From a virus, in the IMG/VR virus record IMGVR_UViG_3300047089_000152, positions 1 to 64,000 of that record: DNA of 64,000 bases; one strand, given 5' to 3'. This document shows, piece after piece, positions 9,276 to 18,863 of this stretch. The first letter of the stretch is position 1. Every line of letters starts with the position of its first letter. The notes beneath the pieces were generated by a model that had not been told where the DNA came from, did no database searches, and saw only the letters and a list, made by a program, of their open reading frames with translations. A program made the position numbers and the translations under genes.

Positions 9276-9487
9276 TGGTGCTCAGGCCGAAAGAACGTGA
9301 GATCAGGGTGCGTGAGATACGCAACACGCTGCTGATCGCCACGCGGGCGCAGACACCGAGCGGTGCGCTGAAGCTTCTACGTGAGGCCGCGGATCAGCTG
9401 ACCGTACTGCTCAAGCTGGAAACGGGAGGAGAGACAGCGAACGAGGCGGACGGGAACGTACGGGGAGCGCACGCAGCGCAGCCGTGA
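9272..9487 (+). CDS. Hypothetical protein
   Basis: Overlap chain. Confidence 0.5.
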   Translation: MMVLRPKEREIRVREIRNTLLIATRAQTPSGALKLLREAADQLTVLLKLETGGETANEADGNVRGAHAAQP

Positions 9488-9759
9488 AAGGTAAACGGTG
9501 TCCTGACTGCGGCCAGCCTATGACCCGGTATGTTACTGGCTGGAAGTGCATGAACGTCAAGGCGCACGCCAAGTCGCTCCGTAACCCGAACAAGGGTGCT
9601 GCCAGGAATCCCCGCGGTGTCAACCAGACCGCACAGAAGAAACCGTCCAAGGGCAGGTACGTTCTGACAGACTGCCCGAACTGTGAGAACGGTCAGCGTC
9701 TGAACCCTAAACGGTGCACACTGTGCAAGAAGCGCGGACGGGTCTGGACGATTAAGTAG
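9484..9759 (+). CDS. Basic zinc-finger protein
   Basis: Three CxxC pairs. Confidence 0.55.
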   Translation: MKGKRCPDCGQPMTRYVTGWKCMNVKAHAKSLRNPNKGAARNPRGVNQTAQKKPSKGRYVLTDCPNCENGQRLNPKRCTLCKKRGRVWTIK

Positions 9760-9761
9760 CA

Positions 9762-9828
9762 GCATCCTGCCAGGAGGAGCGTGCAGGTCCACAATGGACC
9801 TGCACGCTCTGCTTGCCAGAGAGGCAGC
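9762..9828 (+). repeat. Intergenic structured repeat family B, copy 1
   Basis: atcctgccaggag-[hairpin]-ctgcttgccagagaggca. Confidence 0.8.
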
Positions 9829-9852
9829 ATCAACTAGGAGTTTGAGATAGTC

Positions 9853-10428
9853 ATGAACATCACAGAACCGCCGACCACACCCATCGCGACGTTGCCGCCG
9901 AGACCAGACCATCACAACCGTAATCGTGTCCTCGCAGGCGCGGGCGCGGTCGTGGCGCTCGTGATCGGGATCGCTGTCGGTGCGTCAGCTAGCGGCACTA
10001 CCACCGTTACCAAGCCCGTTCCCGGTCCGACAATCACCGCGACACAGACGGTTGCAGGTCCCACGCCGACCGTCACGCAGACGACCCATGTCAAGGTCAC
10101 CCAGACAGTCAACGTGCCGCCGCCCGCGCTGACCGTGGCGTCGTACCACGGTACGGGTAGCTGGAACAGCCCGCAGTTCAACGTGTCCGACGGTGCGGTG
10201 CTGACCGTCCGGTTCTCCTACTGGAACAACACCAGCGGGTACGGCGGTGACAACTTCATCGCCGACATCGTGTCCAGCGGCGACAACTTGTCGCTCGCCA
10301 ACGACATTGCCGTCTCCGGTGGTAAGACCACCACGGTGTATCCCGACACCAGTCTCGGTGGCAGCAACCTGTACCACCTGGAAGTGCAAGCGACCGGTCC
10401 CTGGTCGGTCACCATCAGCTCCAACTGA
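9853..10428 (+). CDS. Membrane-anchored extracytoplasmic protein
   Basis: One TM segment, T/P-rich linker, beta-rich C-terminus. Confidence 0.75.
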   Translation: MNITEPPTTPIATLPPRPDHHNRNRVLAGAGAVVALVIGIAVGASASGTTTVTKPVPGPTITATQTVAGPTPTVTQTTHVKVTQTVNVPPPALTVASYHGTGSWNSPQFNVSDGAVLTVRFSYWNNTSGYGGDNFIADIVSSGDNLSLANDIAVSGGKTTTVYPDTSLGGSNLYHLEVQATGPWSVTISSN

Positions 10429-10502
10429 ATCCCTGGCAGGAGGAGGGGACACGCGCGCTCTGACCGGTGGTGCGCGTGTCCCCTCTGCTTGCCACGGAGG
10501 CA
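10427..10502 (+). repeat. Intergenic structured repeat family B, copy 2
   Basis: atccctggcaggag-[hairpin]-ctgcttgccacggaggca. Confidence 0.8.
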
Positions 10503-10519
10503 CAGCAGAAAGGACAACC

Positions 10520-10834
10520 ATGATGAGCAAGAGGACACGTTTGATTGCTGCTGGTGTGCTCGCAGCGTCCGCGTTGACAGCAGGCTGTTCCAGCCCGCAG
10601 CTGAAAGACCTCGGCGGGACCGGGCAGGCGAACCCCGACTACATCATCACATACCTGAACGTGTCAGAGTTCCCGAACATAACCCTGGTCTGCATCAAAG
10701 GCGTCGGGTTCGCGACCACAACCCGCGACTATGAGCCGCTCACCAGGATCCCCCAGTGGGACGCTTTCTGCGCCACGAAGGAACCAGCGAGCGGTCAGCC
10801 GATACCGACGCAGAGTCCTGCCACCACCGGCTGA
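10520..10834 (+). CDS. Lipoprotein
   Basis: Signal peptide with lipobox LTAG-C. Confidence 0.75.
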   Translation: MMSKRTRLIAAGVLAASALTAGCSSPQLKDLGGTGQANPDYIITYLNVSEFPNITLVCIKGVGFATTTRDYEPLTRIPQWDAFCATKEPASGQPIPTQSPATTG

Positions 10835-10847
10835 GGAGAACACGCAC

Positions 10848-11213
10848 ATGAAAGAAGCCCGAGAGATCTACGCAGAACTCCAGTCGGTTACGTATTTCAC
10901 GGTGACCGACGATCACCTCAAACTTATGCGCCGCGCCTACGTGTCCTGGGACGACTGCGAGTTTGGCGCCCCTGCTGTCGACTGCAAGCGCCCGTACGGG
11001 AACTCCGATGTCCTGGCCGACATAGCGGAGATCCTGGAAGTACCGGACGATCAGTGGAAAGACGCGGACGGGGAGCCGTTCCACGCGGCGGAGGCGCTCA
11101 TACGTTTGCATGCCGAGACGGCGGTCGTGCTGCAAATCGCGCTGTCTACCGGCCAGTTCAGCACCGGCCGTTACGTACGCGAAAAGTTCGGCACGTGGCG
11201 GCCACTAATCTAG
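10848..11213 (+). CDS. Hypothetical phage protein
   Basis: GAPAVDCKRPYGNSDV motif; AGGAG RBS. Confidence 0.7.
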   Translation: MKEAREIYAELQSVTYFTVTDDHLKLMRRAYVSWDDCEFGAPAVDCKRPYGNSDVLADIAEILEVPDDQWKDADGEPFHAAEALIRLHAETAVVLQIALSTGQFSTGRYVREKFGTWRPLI

Positions 11214-11310
11214 GCATCCTGCCAGGGAGAACACGCCCAGGCACGGCCCGCGCTTGCTAGCGGCTTGCACGGTACGGGTCTGGGCGTGTTCTTCTTGCCA
11301 GAGAAGCAGC
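11214..11310 (+). repeat. Intergenic structured repeat family B, copy 3
   Basis: gcatcctgccaggg-[long hairpin]-ttcttgccagagaagca. Confidence 0.75.
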
Positions 11311-11329
11311 GGACACGAAACGAGGAATC

Positions 11330-11569
11330 ATGAAAACGAGAACACGACCTATCCCGCATGTCCAACAGTGGCAGTGCGGGTTCTGCGGGCCTGGTGCGCG
11401 CGGTGACCCGCATGTCTGCCATGACAGCCGGGGCAGGTGCAGGGGCACGTGGGATTTCTTCGTACCCCATACCCTGGGAAACGAGTATGGTGCGGTGACC
11501 TGCGCGTGCGCCGCGTCTGGGCACCACAAGACGGTCGCCCGGGTCGTGAACTTTGCCTGGCTGTCATGA
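11330..11569 (+). CDS. Small Cys/His-rich protein
   Basis: GAGGA RBS. Confidence 0.55.
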   Translation: MKTRTRPIPHVQQWQCGFCGPGARGDPHVCHDSRGRCRGTWDFFVPHTLGNEYGAVTCACAASGHHKTVARVVNFAWLS

Positions 11570-11835
11570 GACAGGATGAGGCTGAGAGGCTCGCAGCGGC
11601 GCATGTCCGCACTATGAGACGGTTCGGGTTGCTGATGTGGCTTGTTATCCTCCCAGCGCTGGGACTGTTCTTGTACTTGGGGGTTTTCGCGCCCGGGTAC
11701 CACCCGCAGCGCCACTCAGCGCCCCCGACGTTCAGCTGCTCGTCTCAGCGTGCAGCGTCGCAGGTGCTGGGTGACGGCGGTGCGATAGCCCCGTTGTGCG
11801 GGAACACGCCATACCCTGACGCGCCGGGCACGTAG
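11566..11835 (+). CDS. Small membrane protein
   Basis: One TM segment, ATGA overlap. Confidence 0.55.
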   Translation: MRQDEAERLAAAHVRTMRRFGLLMWLVILPALGLFLYLGVFAPGYHPQRHSAPPTFSCSSQRAASQVLGDGGAIAPLCGNTPYPDAPGT

Positions 11836-12014
11836 CCCGCTGGGCGGCGGTAGAAGAGGAGAAATGAGATTCCTGGTCAAAGTGGATAGGTGGCTGCACC
11901 GCGTGATGCGCGGGCGCTGCTACTGTCCGTGGTTGTGCCTGAAAATTTCCTACTACCAGGCCATGAAAGACGAGAAGAAGAAAGGTAAGTAGCCGGTCCT
12001 GATCTGCGCATTAC

Positions 12015-12048
12015 ACCCGGATCCCGTTGTGTGGGGTCCGGGTTTTTT
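12015..12048 (+). terminator. Intrinsic terminator
   Basis: acccggatccc...gggtccgggt followed by a T run. Confidence 0.65.
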
Positions 12049-12069
12049 GCGCTCACCAGGAAGGTGAGC

Positions 12070-13722
12070 ATGTCGACAACAGAAAGGGCAGAAATGCCAG
12101 CGGATCGTAACAGTCGGGAACGGACACAGCTCGCGCAGATGTTCAAGAAGGAGATGTCCCGGGTCGCAGCCGAGCAGATCAAGGCCGCGTCCAGGCCGCC
12201 GACAGAGCAGGAGAAGCGCACCGCGGCGATCATGGCCAACCTGGACGAGCTGGGCGGCAAGATCGTCGGCGACGACAACATCGTCTTCGAGGGCACGCAG
12301 ATCAAGCTGCCCAGGGACATGGAGGGCAAACTCGACGAGGTCGTCGCGTTCATCGAGCAGTACGCCGAAAACCAGAACGCGCACTTCAACATGAAGCGCG
12401 CGTTCAACTACCGGCCACACGACGTGGCGGCTGCGTTCGGCCGCACGATGAAGAAGCTGTTCGGCGTGTCCGGGGTCGGGAAGGCGCAGTTCTCCATGTT
12501 CGGGATCATCCCACCGGAGTACATCAGCGTGAACTCCGGTCCCAACGGGGAAACCATCCAGGTCCCGTGGGGGAAGGTCGAGTTCTCGCTGCTCGAAGCC
12601 GAATTCTACATCGGTGCGACCAAGAGCGCAGAGTTCGGGACCGTCGGCGAGATCACCGTGGACGCACCGAAGAAGAACCGCAACAAGATCGACGGGTTCT
12701 TCAAGGTCCTCGCGGAGGAACTGCAACTCAGGTCGATTTACCGTGGCCACGCGATCACCGCGCACCCGAAGGAGCCTCAGTTCCTGGACCTGAACGCGAT
12801 CAACCCGGCGCGGGTCATCTACACCGAGGACGTGGAGACGCAGCTGCGGGTCAACCTGTGGGCGCCGCTCCAGTACTCGGAGACGCTGGCTGCGAGGAAT
12901 ATCCCGTTCAAGAGGGCCGTGCTGCTGTTCGGCCCGAACGGCACGGGTAAAACCCTCGCGGGTGGCCTGGCAGCGATGCTGTCCACGCAGAACGGGATCA
13001 CGTACATCCTGGTGCGTGCGCAGGACGACCCGATGGCCGCGCTGGAAACCGCGGCCATGTACGAACCGGCCGTGGTCATGGTCGAAGACATCGACACGGT
13101 CGCGTCTGCTAACCAGGACAGGAACCAGATCAAGCTGGTCCTGGACAGGCTGGACAACGTGGCCGCGAAGGGCCGCAAGATCATGGTCATCTTCACCACC
13201 AACGAAGTGGCCGACCTGGACCGGAACGTGCTCCGGCCCGGGCGTATCGACGCTGCGATCGAAGTCGGTGCCCTGGACCGTCCCGGGTACGAGCGGCTCG
13301 TCAAGGCGCTCATCGAACCGGAGTTCCTCTCCGACGACATCAACTACGACACGGTGTGCGAGGCGATGTACTACTACGACGAGGTCGCCAAGGAAAGGAA
13401 GGGGTTCCTGCCCGCGTTCGCTACCGAGGCGATCCAGCGGTCCATGCGGTACCGGATCATGGAGAACCATGGTGAGCCGGGTGTCATCACCACCGACAAC
13501 CTTGTGGACGCGTGCAAGGGCATGGCGTCGCACATCGTCCTGATGGACGCCGCGGAACGCGCCGACGACAAGAAGACGACGATGGAAGCCGCGTTCAGCG
13601 AGGCCATCGGCGCTGCCCTGTCGGACACGACAGGGACGTTCGCGGAGATCGAGGAAGGCGCAGGTATGCACTCCGTCTTCGAGAACGTGCAGGTGGAGTA
13701 CTCGACGGACGGCCATTCCTGA
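12070..13722 (+). CDS. AAA+ ATPase (classical AAA clade)
   Basis: Walker A GPNGTGKT, Walker B VMVEDID, sensor FTTN, arginine finger LRPGRID. Confidence 0.9.
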   Translation: MSTTERAEMPADRNSRERTQLAQMFKKEMSRVAAEQIKAASRPPTEQEKRTAAIMANLDELGGKIVGDDNIVFEGTQIKLPRDMEGKLDEVVAFIEQYAENQNAHFNMKRAFNYRPHDVAAAFGRTMKKLFGVSGVGKAQFSMFGIIPPEYISVNSGPNGETIQVPWGKVEFSLLEAEFYIGATKSAEFGTVGEITVDAPKKNRNKIDGFFKVLAEELQLRSIYRGHAITAHPKEPQFLDLNAINPARVIYTEDVETQLRVNLWAPLQYSETLAARNIPFKRAVLLFGPNGTGKTLAGGLAAMLSTQNGITYILVRAQDDPMAALETAAMYEPAVVMVEDIDTVASANQDRNQIKLVLDRLDNVAAKGRKIMVIFTTNEVADLDRNVLRPGRIDAAIEVGALDRPGYERLVKALIEPEFLSDDINYDTVCEAMYYYDEVAKERKGFLPAFATEAIQRSMRYRIMENHGEPGVITTDNLVDACKGMASHIVLMDAAERADDKKTTMEAAFSEAIGAALSDTTGTFAEIEEGAGMHSVFENVQVEYSTDGHS

Positions 13723-13788
13723 CCCCTGCCAGGAAGGTCCCGCCCAGGCGCACGCGGCCTGGGCGGGGCCTGCTCGACAGGAATCAGC
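13723..13788 (+). repeat. Intergenic structured repeat family B, copy 4
   Basis: cccctgccaggaag-[hairpin]-ctgctcgacaggaatca. Confidence 0.7.
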
Positions 13789-13841
13789 AAGTCTGCCCTA
13801 TGCCACTCATCAGGGGCTTCACAAGGAGGAGAAACAAGACA

Positions 13842-14942
13842 ATGGCACTACAAGATGTATCAGGAAGGACGGTCATCGTCGGCGGTGGTCTCCACGCAGC
13901 CGTGGTAGCCGCGACACTGTTCGCGTGCAATAAGCCAAGGCCAATCGTGGTAGAGCGACGGTCGAAGACAGGGGGCATATTCGCTGACCTGTCCAATTTC
14001 CGGATGAACTCCGCGAACGGTGCGGGTATCAGGTCGGTGGGCAGCCCGGGCCCGACCAGGATCCCGTCGATGTCACCGTCGGATGACATCAACTGGGTTC
14101 CCAACGCCACGCGCCAGGTCGCGTCCTCGTCGGGGATGGTGGAGTACCCGTACTCCTACGACATGGCCAAGCTGATCCAGGAAACACTAGCAGCGCACGC
14201 TCAGGTGTACACCAGCACCGAGATCACGTTCGACCAGTACGGTGGCTGCACTACGAACGATAGTTATATCGGGAACGCTAAACGGGTCATTTTCGCTGCC
14301 GGTCTCGTAGAACCCCCGGGCATGCCGACAGGCCCGGGGATCATGAGCGGTTACGCGTTCATGAAGAGTCCAGTGCGTAACCTGGCCGGTAAGAAGATCG
14401 CTCTGGTCGGTGCCGGTGACACCGCGTCGCAGGTCGCAGAGTTCATGGTCGGGCAGGGTGTATCAGCGCCTACCTCATTCCCTGATCGCGTCGACTGGTT
14501 CGGCGGTCTTTCCATGCCTACCACGAAACAGGAGTGGATGCTTAAAAGCCACGCCCGGTGGGCTGGGATCGGCCGTCACCTCCCCGACGAAGACAGGTCA
14601 AGGTCCGAAGGTGTTTTCAGCCCGCACATCGCACGGGGTGACGTGGCCTCGCTTGGCAGCGCCGCGTGGGTGAACGGGGAGGTTTACGACCTGGTCGTCA
14701 TGGCGACAGGTTTCGCCGTGGCCCAGTGCCCTGTCACGGCTGAATCTGCGATGAAGATCGGCGAGAAAATCGTCGCGAAATTCTACGACCTTGGTGACGG
14801 ATCCGCGCGCGTGTTCCGGGTCGGTACCTGCGCCTCGCTCAACGCGACGTTCAAGCCGTACCAGTCGCGTTTCCCCGCCGCGAAGGAAGCCATCTTCAAC
14901 CTCGGGCCGCGAACCGCGGCGTTCGCTGGGAGCCTGTCCTAG
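13842..14942 (+). CDS. FAD/NAD(P)-dependent oxidoreductase
   Basis: VIVGGGLHA and ALVGAGDTA Rossmann motifs, VVMATGF. Confidence 0.75.
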   Translation: MALQDVSGRTVIVGGGLHAAVVAATLFACNKPRPIVVERRSKTGGIFADLSNFRMNSANGAGIRSVGSPGPTRIPSMSPSDDINWVPNATRQVASSSGMVEYPYSYDMAKLIQETLAAHAQVYTSTEITFDQYGGCTTNDSYIGNAKRVIFAAGLVEPPGMPTGPGIMSGYAFMKSPVRNLAGKKIALVGAGDTASQVAEFMVGQGVSAPTSFPDRVDWFGGLSMPTTKQEWMLKSHARWAGIGRHLPDEDRSRSEGVFSPHIARGDVASLGSAAWVNGEVYDLVVMATGFAVAQCPVTAESAMKIGEKIVAKFYDLGDGSARVFRVGTCASLNATFKPYQSRFPAAKEAIFNLGPRTAAFAGSLS

Positions 14943-15006
14943 AAAACGAAGGAGTATTTTATGTCAGATCTCAATCTCACCGGCCTGGCTTAATACCAGA
15001 ACCGCT

Positions 15007-15077
15007 GAATCCTGCCAGGAAGGGCCACCGCATCGCTGTGTGCGCTGTGATGCGGTGGCCCTGCTTGCCAGGAGGCA
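15007..15077 (+). repeat. Intergenic structured repeat family B, copy 5
   Basis: gaatcctgccaggaag-[hairpin]-ctgcttgccaggaggca. Confidence 0.8.
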
Positions 15078-15102
15078 ATCGCATGCGAAGTGAAAGGAAA
15101 AC

Positions 15103-15669
15103 ATGATGGCGAAGAAGCCTGTGAGACCGCTGCGGAACCTCGCAGCGACCATCACTGTGCTCACCGACCGCAACGCAACGGTCGCGTCGGTGACCCTGGT
15201 GGACACGTATCTCGGGGTGCTGGACGGTGGGATGGGCACAGCGACCGGTTCGTGTAAACGGGAACAGGGCGACGTGTACGACGAGACGATCGCTCTCGAC
15301 CTGGCAGTTGGCCGGGCACTGATCAAACTAGGCTGGCATATGGTACGCCGCGCACACAGGAACGTCACCAGCGCAACGCTAGCTAAGCGGAAGAAGGAAA
15401 TACTTCGTTCTGTTCGCGGTCCGCGTCACGCCAAGCCCGGCGGGCAGATTCAGCTCCCGGTAATCCTGGAGGTGCGCGGCCTGGAAGCGGCTAAACGCGC
15501 AGCGCGGCGTCGCGGCGACAGGGCAGCCCTGGCGGCACTGGTAGCACAGGAGGCACTGATCCAGAACGCACCCCCGGACGCAGGCAGCGGACCGCAGGTC
15601 CCCGGCGGCGGCTACCACCGTGACAACGGCCTGCCCACCATCGAGTCGAACACCAAGGAGACATCATGA
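15103..15669 (+). CDS. DUF1876/Rv2632c-like domain protein
   Basis: GSCKREQGDVYDETIALDLAVGRAL resembles GxAxRxPxD...IG..LA..RAL. Confidence 0.55.
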   Translation: MMAKKPVRPLRNLAATITVLTDRNATVASVTLVDTYLGVLDGGMGTATGSCKREQGDVYDETIALDLAVGRALIKLGWHMVRRAHRNVTSATLAKRKKEILRSVRGPRHAKPGGQIQLPVILEVRGLEAAKRAARRRGDRAALAALVAQEALIQNAPPDAGSGPQVPGGGYHRDNGLPTIESNTKETS

Positions 15670-16394
15670 GTCCCCTCATCGGGATCACCACGTACAACGG
15701 GACGAACCTGCTGGCTGACCTGGACGATCCAACGGCGTACCTCCCGCGCGTGTACAGCGACGCGGTACGCAGGGCTGGCGGTCGGCCCGTCCTGCTCCCC
15801 GCGGGTGGCGAAGGTGATGAAGCCACCTGGACGGTCGGTAACGTAGACGGGATCATCCTGCCAGGCGGCCCCGACCTGAACCCGGCCCTGTATGGCCAGC
15901 CCCTGCACGACGAGACATCCCAACCTGACGATGAACGTGACGCGTGGGACATGGCAGTGGCGAAGAACGCGCTGATGTACGGTGTTCCGCTCCTCGGTAT
16001 CTGCCGTGGCATGCAGGTCATGAACGTGGCCCTCGGCGGTACGCTGCACCAGCACATCCCCGACCTGTTTGAAGACGTCGTCGACGAAGGCCAGCTTGTC
16101 GAGCATGACTTCTACGGGCGCGGATTCGGCGAGCACCTGGTCATAGTCGGAGGTGGCGGGCTGCTGGAGTCGATACTAGGCGGCGAACCGATGAACGTTC
16201 CCACCCACCACCATCAGGCTATCAACGAGGTGGGTAACAAGCTGATCCCGGTCGGGGTCGCGTCGGACGGAATCATCGAAGCGGTCGAAGTGGAATCCAG
16301 CGACCAGTTCGCGGTCGGTGTGCAGTGGCACCCCGAACGCGGCGACGACCCGCGGCTGTTCGACGCGTTCGTCATAGCGGCCAGCAATGGGTGA
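15666..16394 (+). CDS. Peptidase C26 / PuuD-like class I glutamine amidotransferase
   Basis: LPGGPD, LLGICRGMQ (Cys), HHQAI, GVQWHPE (His-Glu). Confidence 0.9.
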   Translation: MSPLIGITTYNGTNLLADLDDPTAYLPRVYSDAVRRAGGRPVLLPAGGEGDEATWTVGNVDGIILPGGPDLNPALYGQPLHDETSQPDDERDAWDMAVAKNALMYGVPLLGICRGMQVMNVALGGTLHQHIPDLFEDVVDEGQLVEHDFYGRGFGEHLVIVGGGGLLESILGGEPMNVPTHHHQAINEVGNKLIPVGVASDGIIEAVEVESSDQFAVGVQWHPERGDDPRLFDAFVIAASNG

Positions 16395-16614
16395 CACCAG
16401 CATCCCCGAACCGGAACGGCACTGGTTTTACCTCCGCTGCCCGGCGTGCCACACGCGGATCTGGAACCAGATGTTCACCACGGACCTGACGTACAAGATT
16501 CACTACCGGGGACACATCATCGAAGACTTGATAACCGCTGTAGATACCCTCGCGAAAGGAGGCGACCCGCGGTGCCTACCCCAAGACAGATACCTGACAC
16601 GCTGGCGACCCTGA
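16387..16614 (+). CDS. Small C2H2-like protein
   Basis: CPAC...HYRGH. Confidence 0.5.
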   Translation: MGDTSIPEPERHWFYLRCPACHTRIWNQMFTTDLTYKIHYRGHIIEDLITAVDTLAKGGDPRCLPQDRYLTRWRP

Positions 16615-17027
16615 CCCCGCTACCGGAGCGGAAGGACGGGTGGGAGCCGCGTCAGCGGCGCGCCAGGTCGAATGTGCGCGGCACCCGGGCGAACACCCTG
16701 CCGGATACCATGCCAGGTGAGAAAACGTGGCGTATCGTCCCAGACAATGCGACGATACGGACGTGGGGCAGGGGCAGAGGATACCGCGTGTCAGACCACG
16801 GCAGGATCTCCAGGTTCATCCGGTCGGAGTTCGCGGAGTTCATGAAGCTGAACGCGTCGTGGACCGTGAAGATAGTGTCCATCCAGCCGCCCGGCGCAAC
16901 ACAGGCCAGGGCGTTCTTCCAGGTGCGTCAAGGTTCGTACCTCGTCAAGCAGACCACCGACCTGTTCTACGTCAAACGTGAACTGGGTGAAGAAGTGTAC
17001 GCCCTGCTACAGGAGACGAGGAAATGA
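16572..17027 (+). CDS. Protein with Lsr2-type DNA-binding domain
   Basis: IRTWGRGRGYRVSDHGRIS matches Lsr2 IRxWA..NG..VS.RGRI. Confidence 0.7.
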   Translation: MPTPRQIPDTLATLTPLPERKDGWEPRQRRARSNVRGTRANTLPDTMPGEKTWRIVPDNATIRTWGRGRGYRVSDHGRISRFIRSEFAEFMKLNASWTVKIVSIQPPGATQARAFFQVRQGSYLVKQTTDLFYVKRELGEEVYALLQETRK

Positions 17028-17057
17028 CAGTCATAGCCATCAGAGAAGGAGGAGACG

Positions 17058-17243
17058 ATGCCACGCCCCAAGAAGCCGAAACCACCCCGGACCAGGGACA
17101 GTAAGAAACAGCCTGTCACTGTCGGGAAGCTTCCCGTCGTCAAGTGTGAGCTGTGCAAGCGGAAGATGGCGTTCCGGCCGGACAAAACGACAGGTCAGAA
17201 GGTACTGAACGACCACTACAAGCAGGTGCATGGCATTGGCTGA
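17058..17243 (+). CDS. Small basic C2H2 protein
   Basis: AGGAGG RBS; CELC...HYKQVH. Confidence 0.6.
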   Translation: MPRPKKPKPPRTRDSKKQPVTVGKLPVVKCELCKRKMAFRPDKTTGQKVLNDHYKQVHGIG

Positions 17244-17646
17244 CCAGCACAACCACGTAACCATGGACATCAAACCGCCCGGGGAGTGCCCCGCCTGCGA
17301 CGCGTACCACCGCAGCCAGGAACAGGGACACCGGGCGGAACCCCTGATCGGGGGGGAATCTCCTATCGGGGGGGAATCACGCGACGGGGGGGAAAATCAC
17401 TTCACCCAGCAGGCCATCGACGTCGCTGTCGATTACGCGCAGCGTGTCGTGCTCATCCAGTGGCTGCTGGATCTGGGCCTCGACGGTGAGGCGGACAACC
17501 TGCGTGACGCAACCGAAAGTGACGCCGCGCAAGCAGCCTACGACATCGCCGCGAACATCGTGGATATCTGCGGCAACGCGGAGCTACCTGAGCTGGCTGG
17601 CAAACTCCGTGACTGGGCTGACCAGCACGAAAAACTGGCACCGTAA
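17230..17646 (+). CDS. Hypothetical protein
   Basis: ORF with internal IGGES repeats. Confidence 0.55.
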   Translation: MALADQHNHVTMDIKPPGECPACDAYHRSQEQGHRAEPLIGGESPIGGESRDGGENHFTQQAIDVAVDYAQRVVLIQWLLDLGLDGEADNLRDATESDAAQAAYDIAANIVDICGNAELPELAGKLRDWADQHEKLAP

Positions 17647-17647
17647 C

Positions 17648-17706
17648 TGGCCGCTGGCCGTGCCACCCAAAGCGAAACTCTGGGTGGTGCGGGGAACGTC
17701 CAGTTC
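17648..17706 (+). repeat. Intergenic structured repeat family C, copy 1
   Basis: ggccgctggccgtg-[hairpin]-tgcggggaacg...gttc. Confidence 0.75.
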
Positions 17707-17728
17707 GCGAAGAAGGAGACCGAAGACC

Positions 17729-17968
17729 ATGAGTGAACCGAAACGTCCCGACTGGCCAGGTGAGGCTGACTGGAAACGGGCGCAGTCGGCTAGGAAGGCC
17801 ACCACCGCCGCTATCGGAGCTGAACTTATTAACGCCTTCAACCAGGGATGGACGGACCCGTCCGACATGGCGGGTCATGGTCACGAAACCAGCACCGGGT
17901 TCGAGTTCCACCTCGAACGTGACGGCGTGACCTACACGATCGCCGTGTCCAGGGACATGGGCACGTGA
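17729..17968 (+). CDS. Hypothetical protein
   Basis: AAGGAG RBS. Confidence 0.6.
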   Translation: MSEPKRPDWPGEADWKRAQSARKATTAAIGAELINAFNQGWTDPSDMAGHGHETSTGFEFHLERDGVTYTIAVSRDMGT

Positions 17969-18078
17969 CCTTGTGCCTATCACCGCGAGGTGCGGGAAGC
18001 ACTGCAAGTCGAAACGAATCGGCGGTCGGCTCGTAGAAAAACACTGCAACTGCAAACTGTGCCACGGGAAATACTCCA

Positions 18079-18330
18079 ATGGAGGAGATAAGAAATAACC
18101 CCGTGGACGCGTTGCATCATCACCCCGTGCGGGTGGTGGTGTTGCGTGCCAGCCGGCTGGGCATCGACCTCGACAACCAGCACCTCTACGGGTTCGCGTT
18201 GCTGATGCCCGACTCAATAGAACAGGAGGTGTGGGACGCGCTCGCCGAAGAGTGGCGGGACGAGATCGCGTACAGGACTACCACACGCGTCCCGGCCGCC
18301 GTGCAGGAGCAGCTGGTTCTGACGGGGTGA
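18079..18330 (+). CDS. Hypothetical protein
   Basis: ORF; start uncertain. Confidence 0.45.
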   Translation: MEEIRNNPVDALHHHPVRVVVLRASRLGIDLDNQHLYGFALLMPDSIEQEVWDALAEEWRDEIAYRTTTRVPAAVQEQLVLTG

Positions 18331-18652
18331 ACCCGGGGACTGGGGTGAGTACCTTACGCCGGGCGTATTCCAGCGGCCTGGCCTGTCTCACCTGGTTGCA
18401 TCGGTGCCCGCATTCCGGGCACCGATGCGGCCCCCCGTGGATGGGTCGCAGGTTGGTCAGCTCGAACCGCAAGTGCGGCGCTTCGCACACAGTGATGACG
18501 TGGTCGACCTGCCCACCGTCTACCCCGCCGGGTATCGGGTGGTAGCAGACGTGGCACACGGGACCGTAGGTGGCGTAGACGAGGCGGCAGAGCTGCTTCC
18601 ACCGGTACCCGCCGCGTCCCATCGGGCCCGTCCCGGCGGACTTGACTGCCAT
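18278..18652 (-). CDS. HNH endonuclease
   Basis: RWKQL...CHVC...VDHVI...NLRPIH...CN. Confidence 0.8.
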   Translation of the reverse strand: MAVKSAGTGPMGRGGYRWKQLCRLVYATYGPVCHVCYHPIPGGVDGGQVDHVITVCEAPHLRFELTNLRPIHGGPHRCPECGHRCNQVRQARPLEYARRKVLTPVPGFTPSEPAAPARRPGRVW

Positions 18653-18863
18653 GCCTAAAGGATAGAGGAAGTGGATGTGAGCTGTGAGCAACACGAACTG
18701 TACCCGTGGGGGTGAGTGCGGGGCGAATCACCGTGCGTACTGCAAGAAGTGCAGGGATGGTTTCCACTGCGGTCGGCATTTGAGGGGCTGCCACGATTCG
18801 TGTAGCAGATCGACAGGCTATCCTTCCAGGCGCAAAGACCCGCGAAGATAGGAGAACAACCAC

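Noticed and set aside
11953-13716. 587-aa antisense ORF opposite the AAA ATPase, and similar shadow ORFs opposite the TMP and tail genes
   Set aside because: Typical high-GC shadow frames of a strongly biased sense gene
17348-17400. Three G7 runs as a phase-variation site
   Set aside because: They are an in-frame short peptide repeat (IGGES) with no sign of frameshifting
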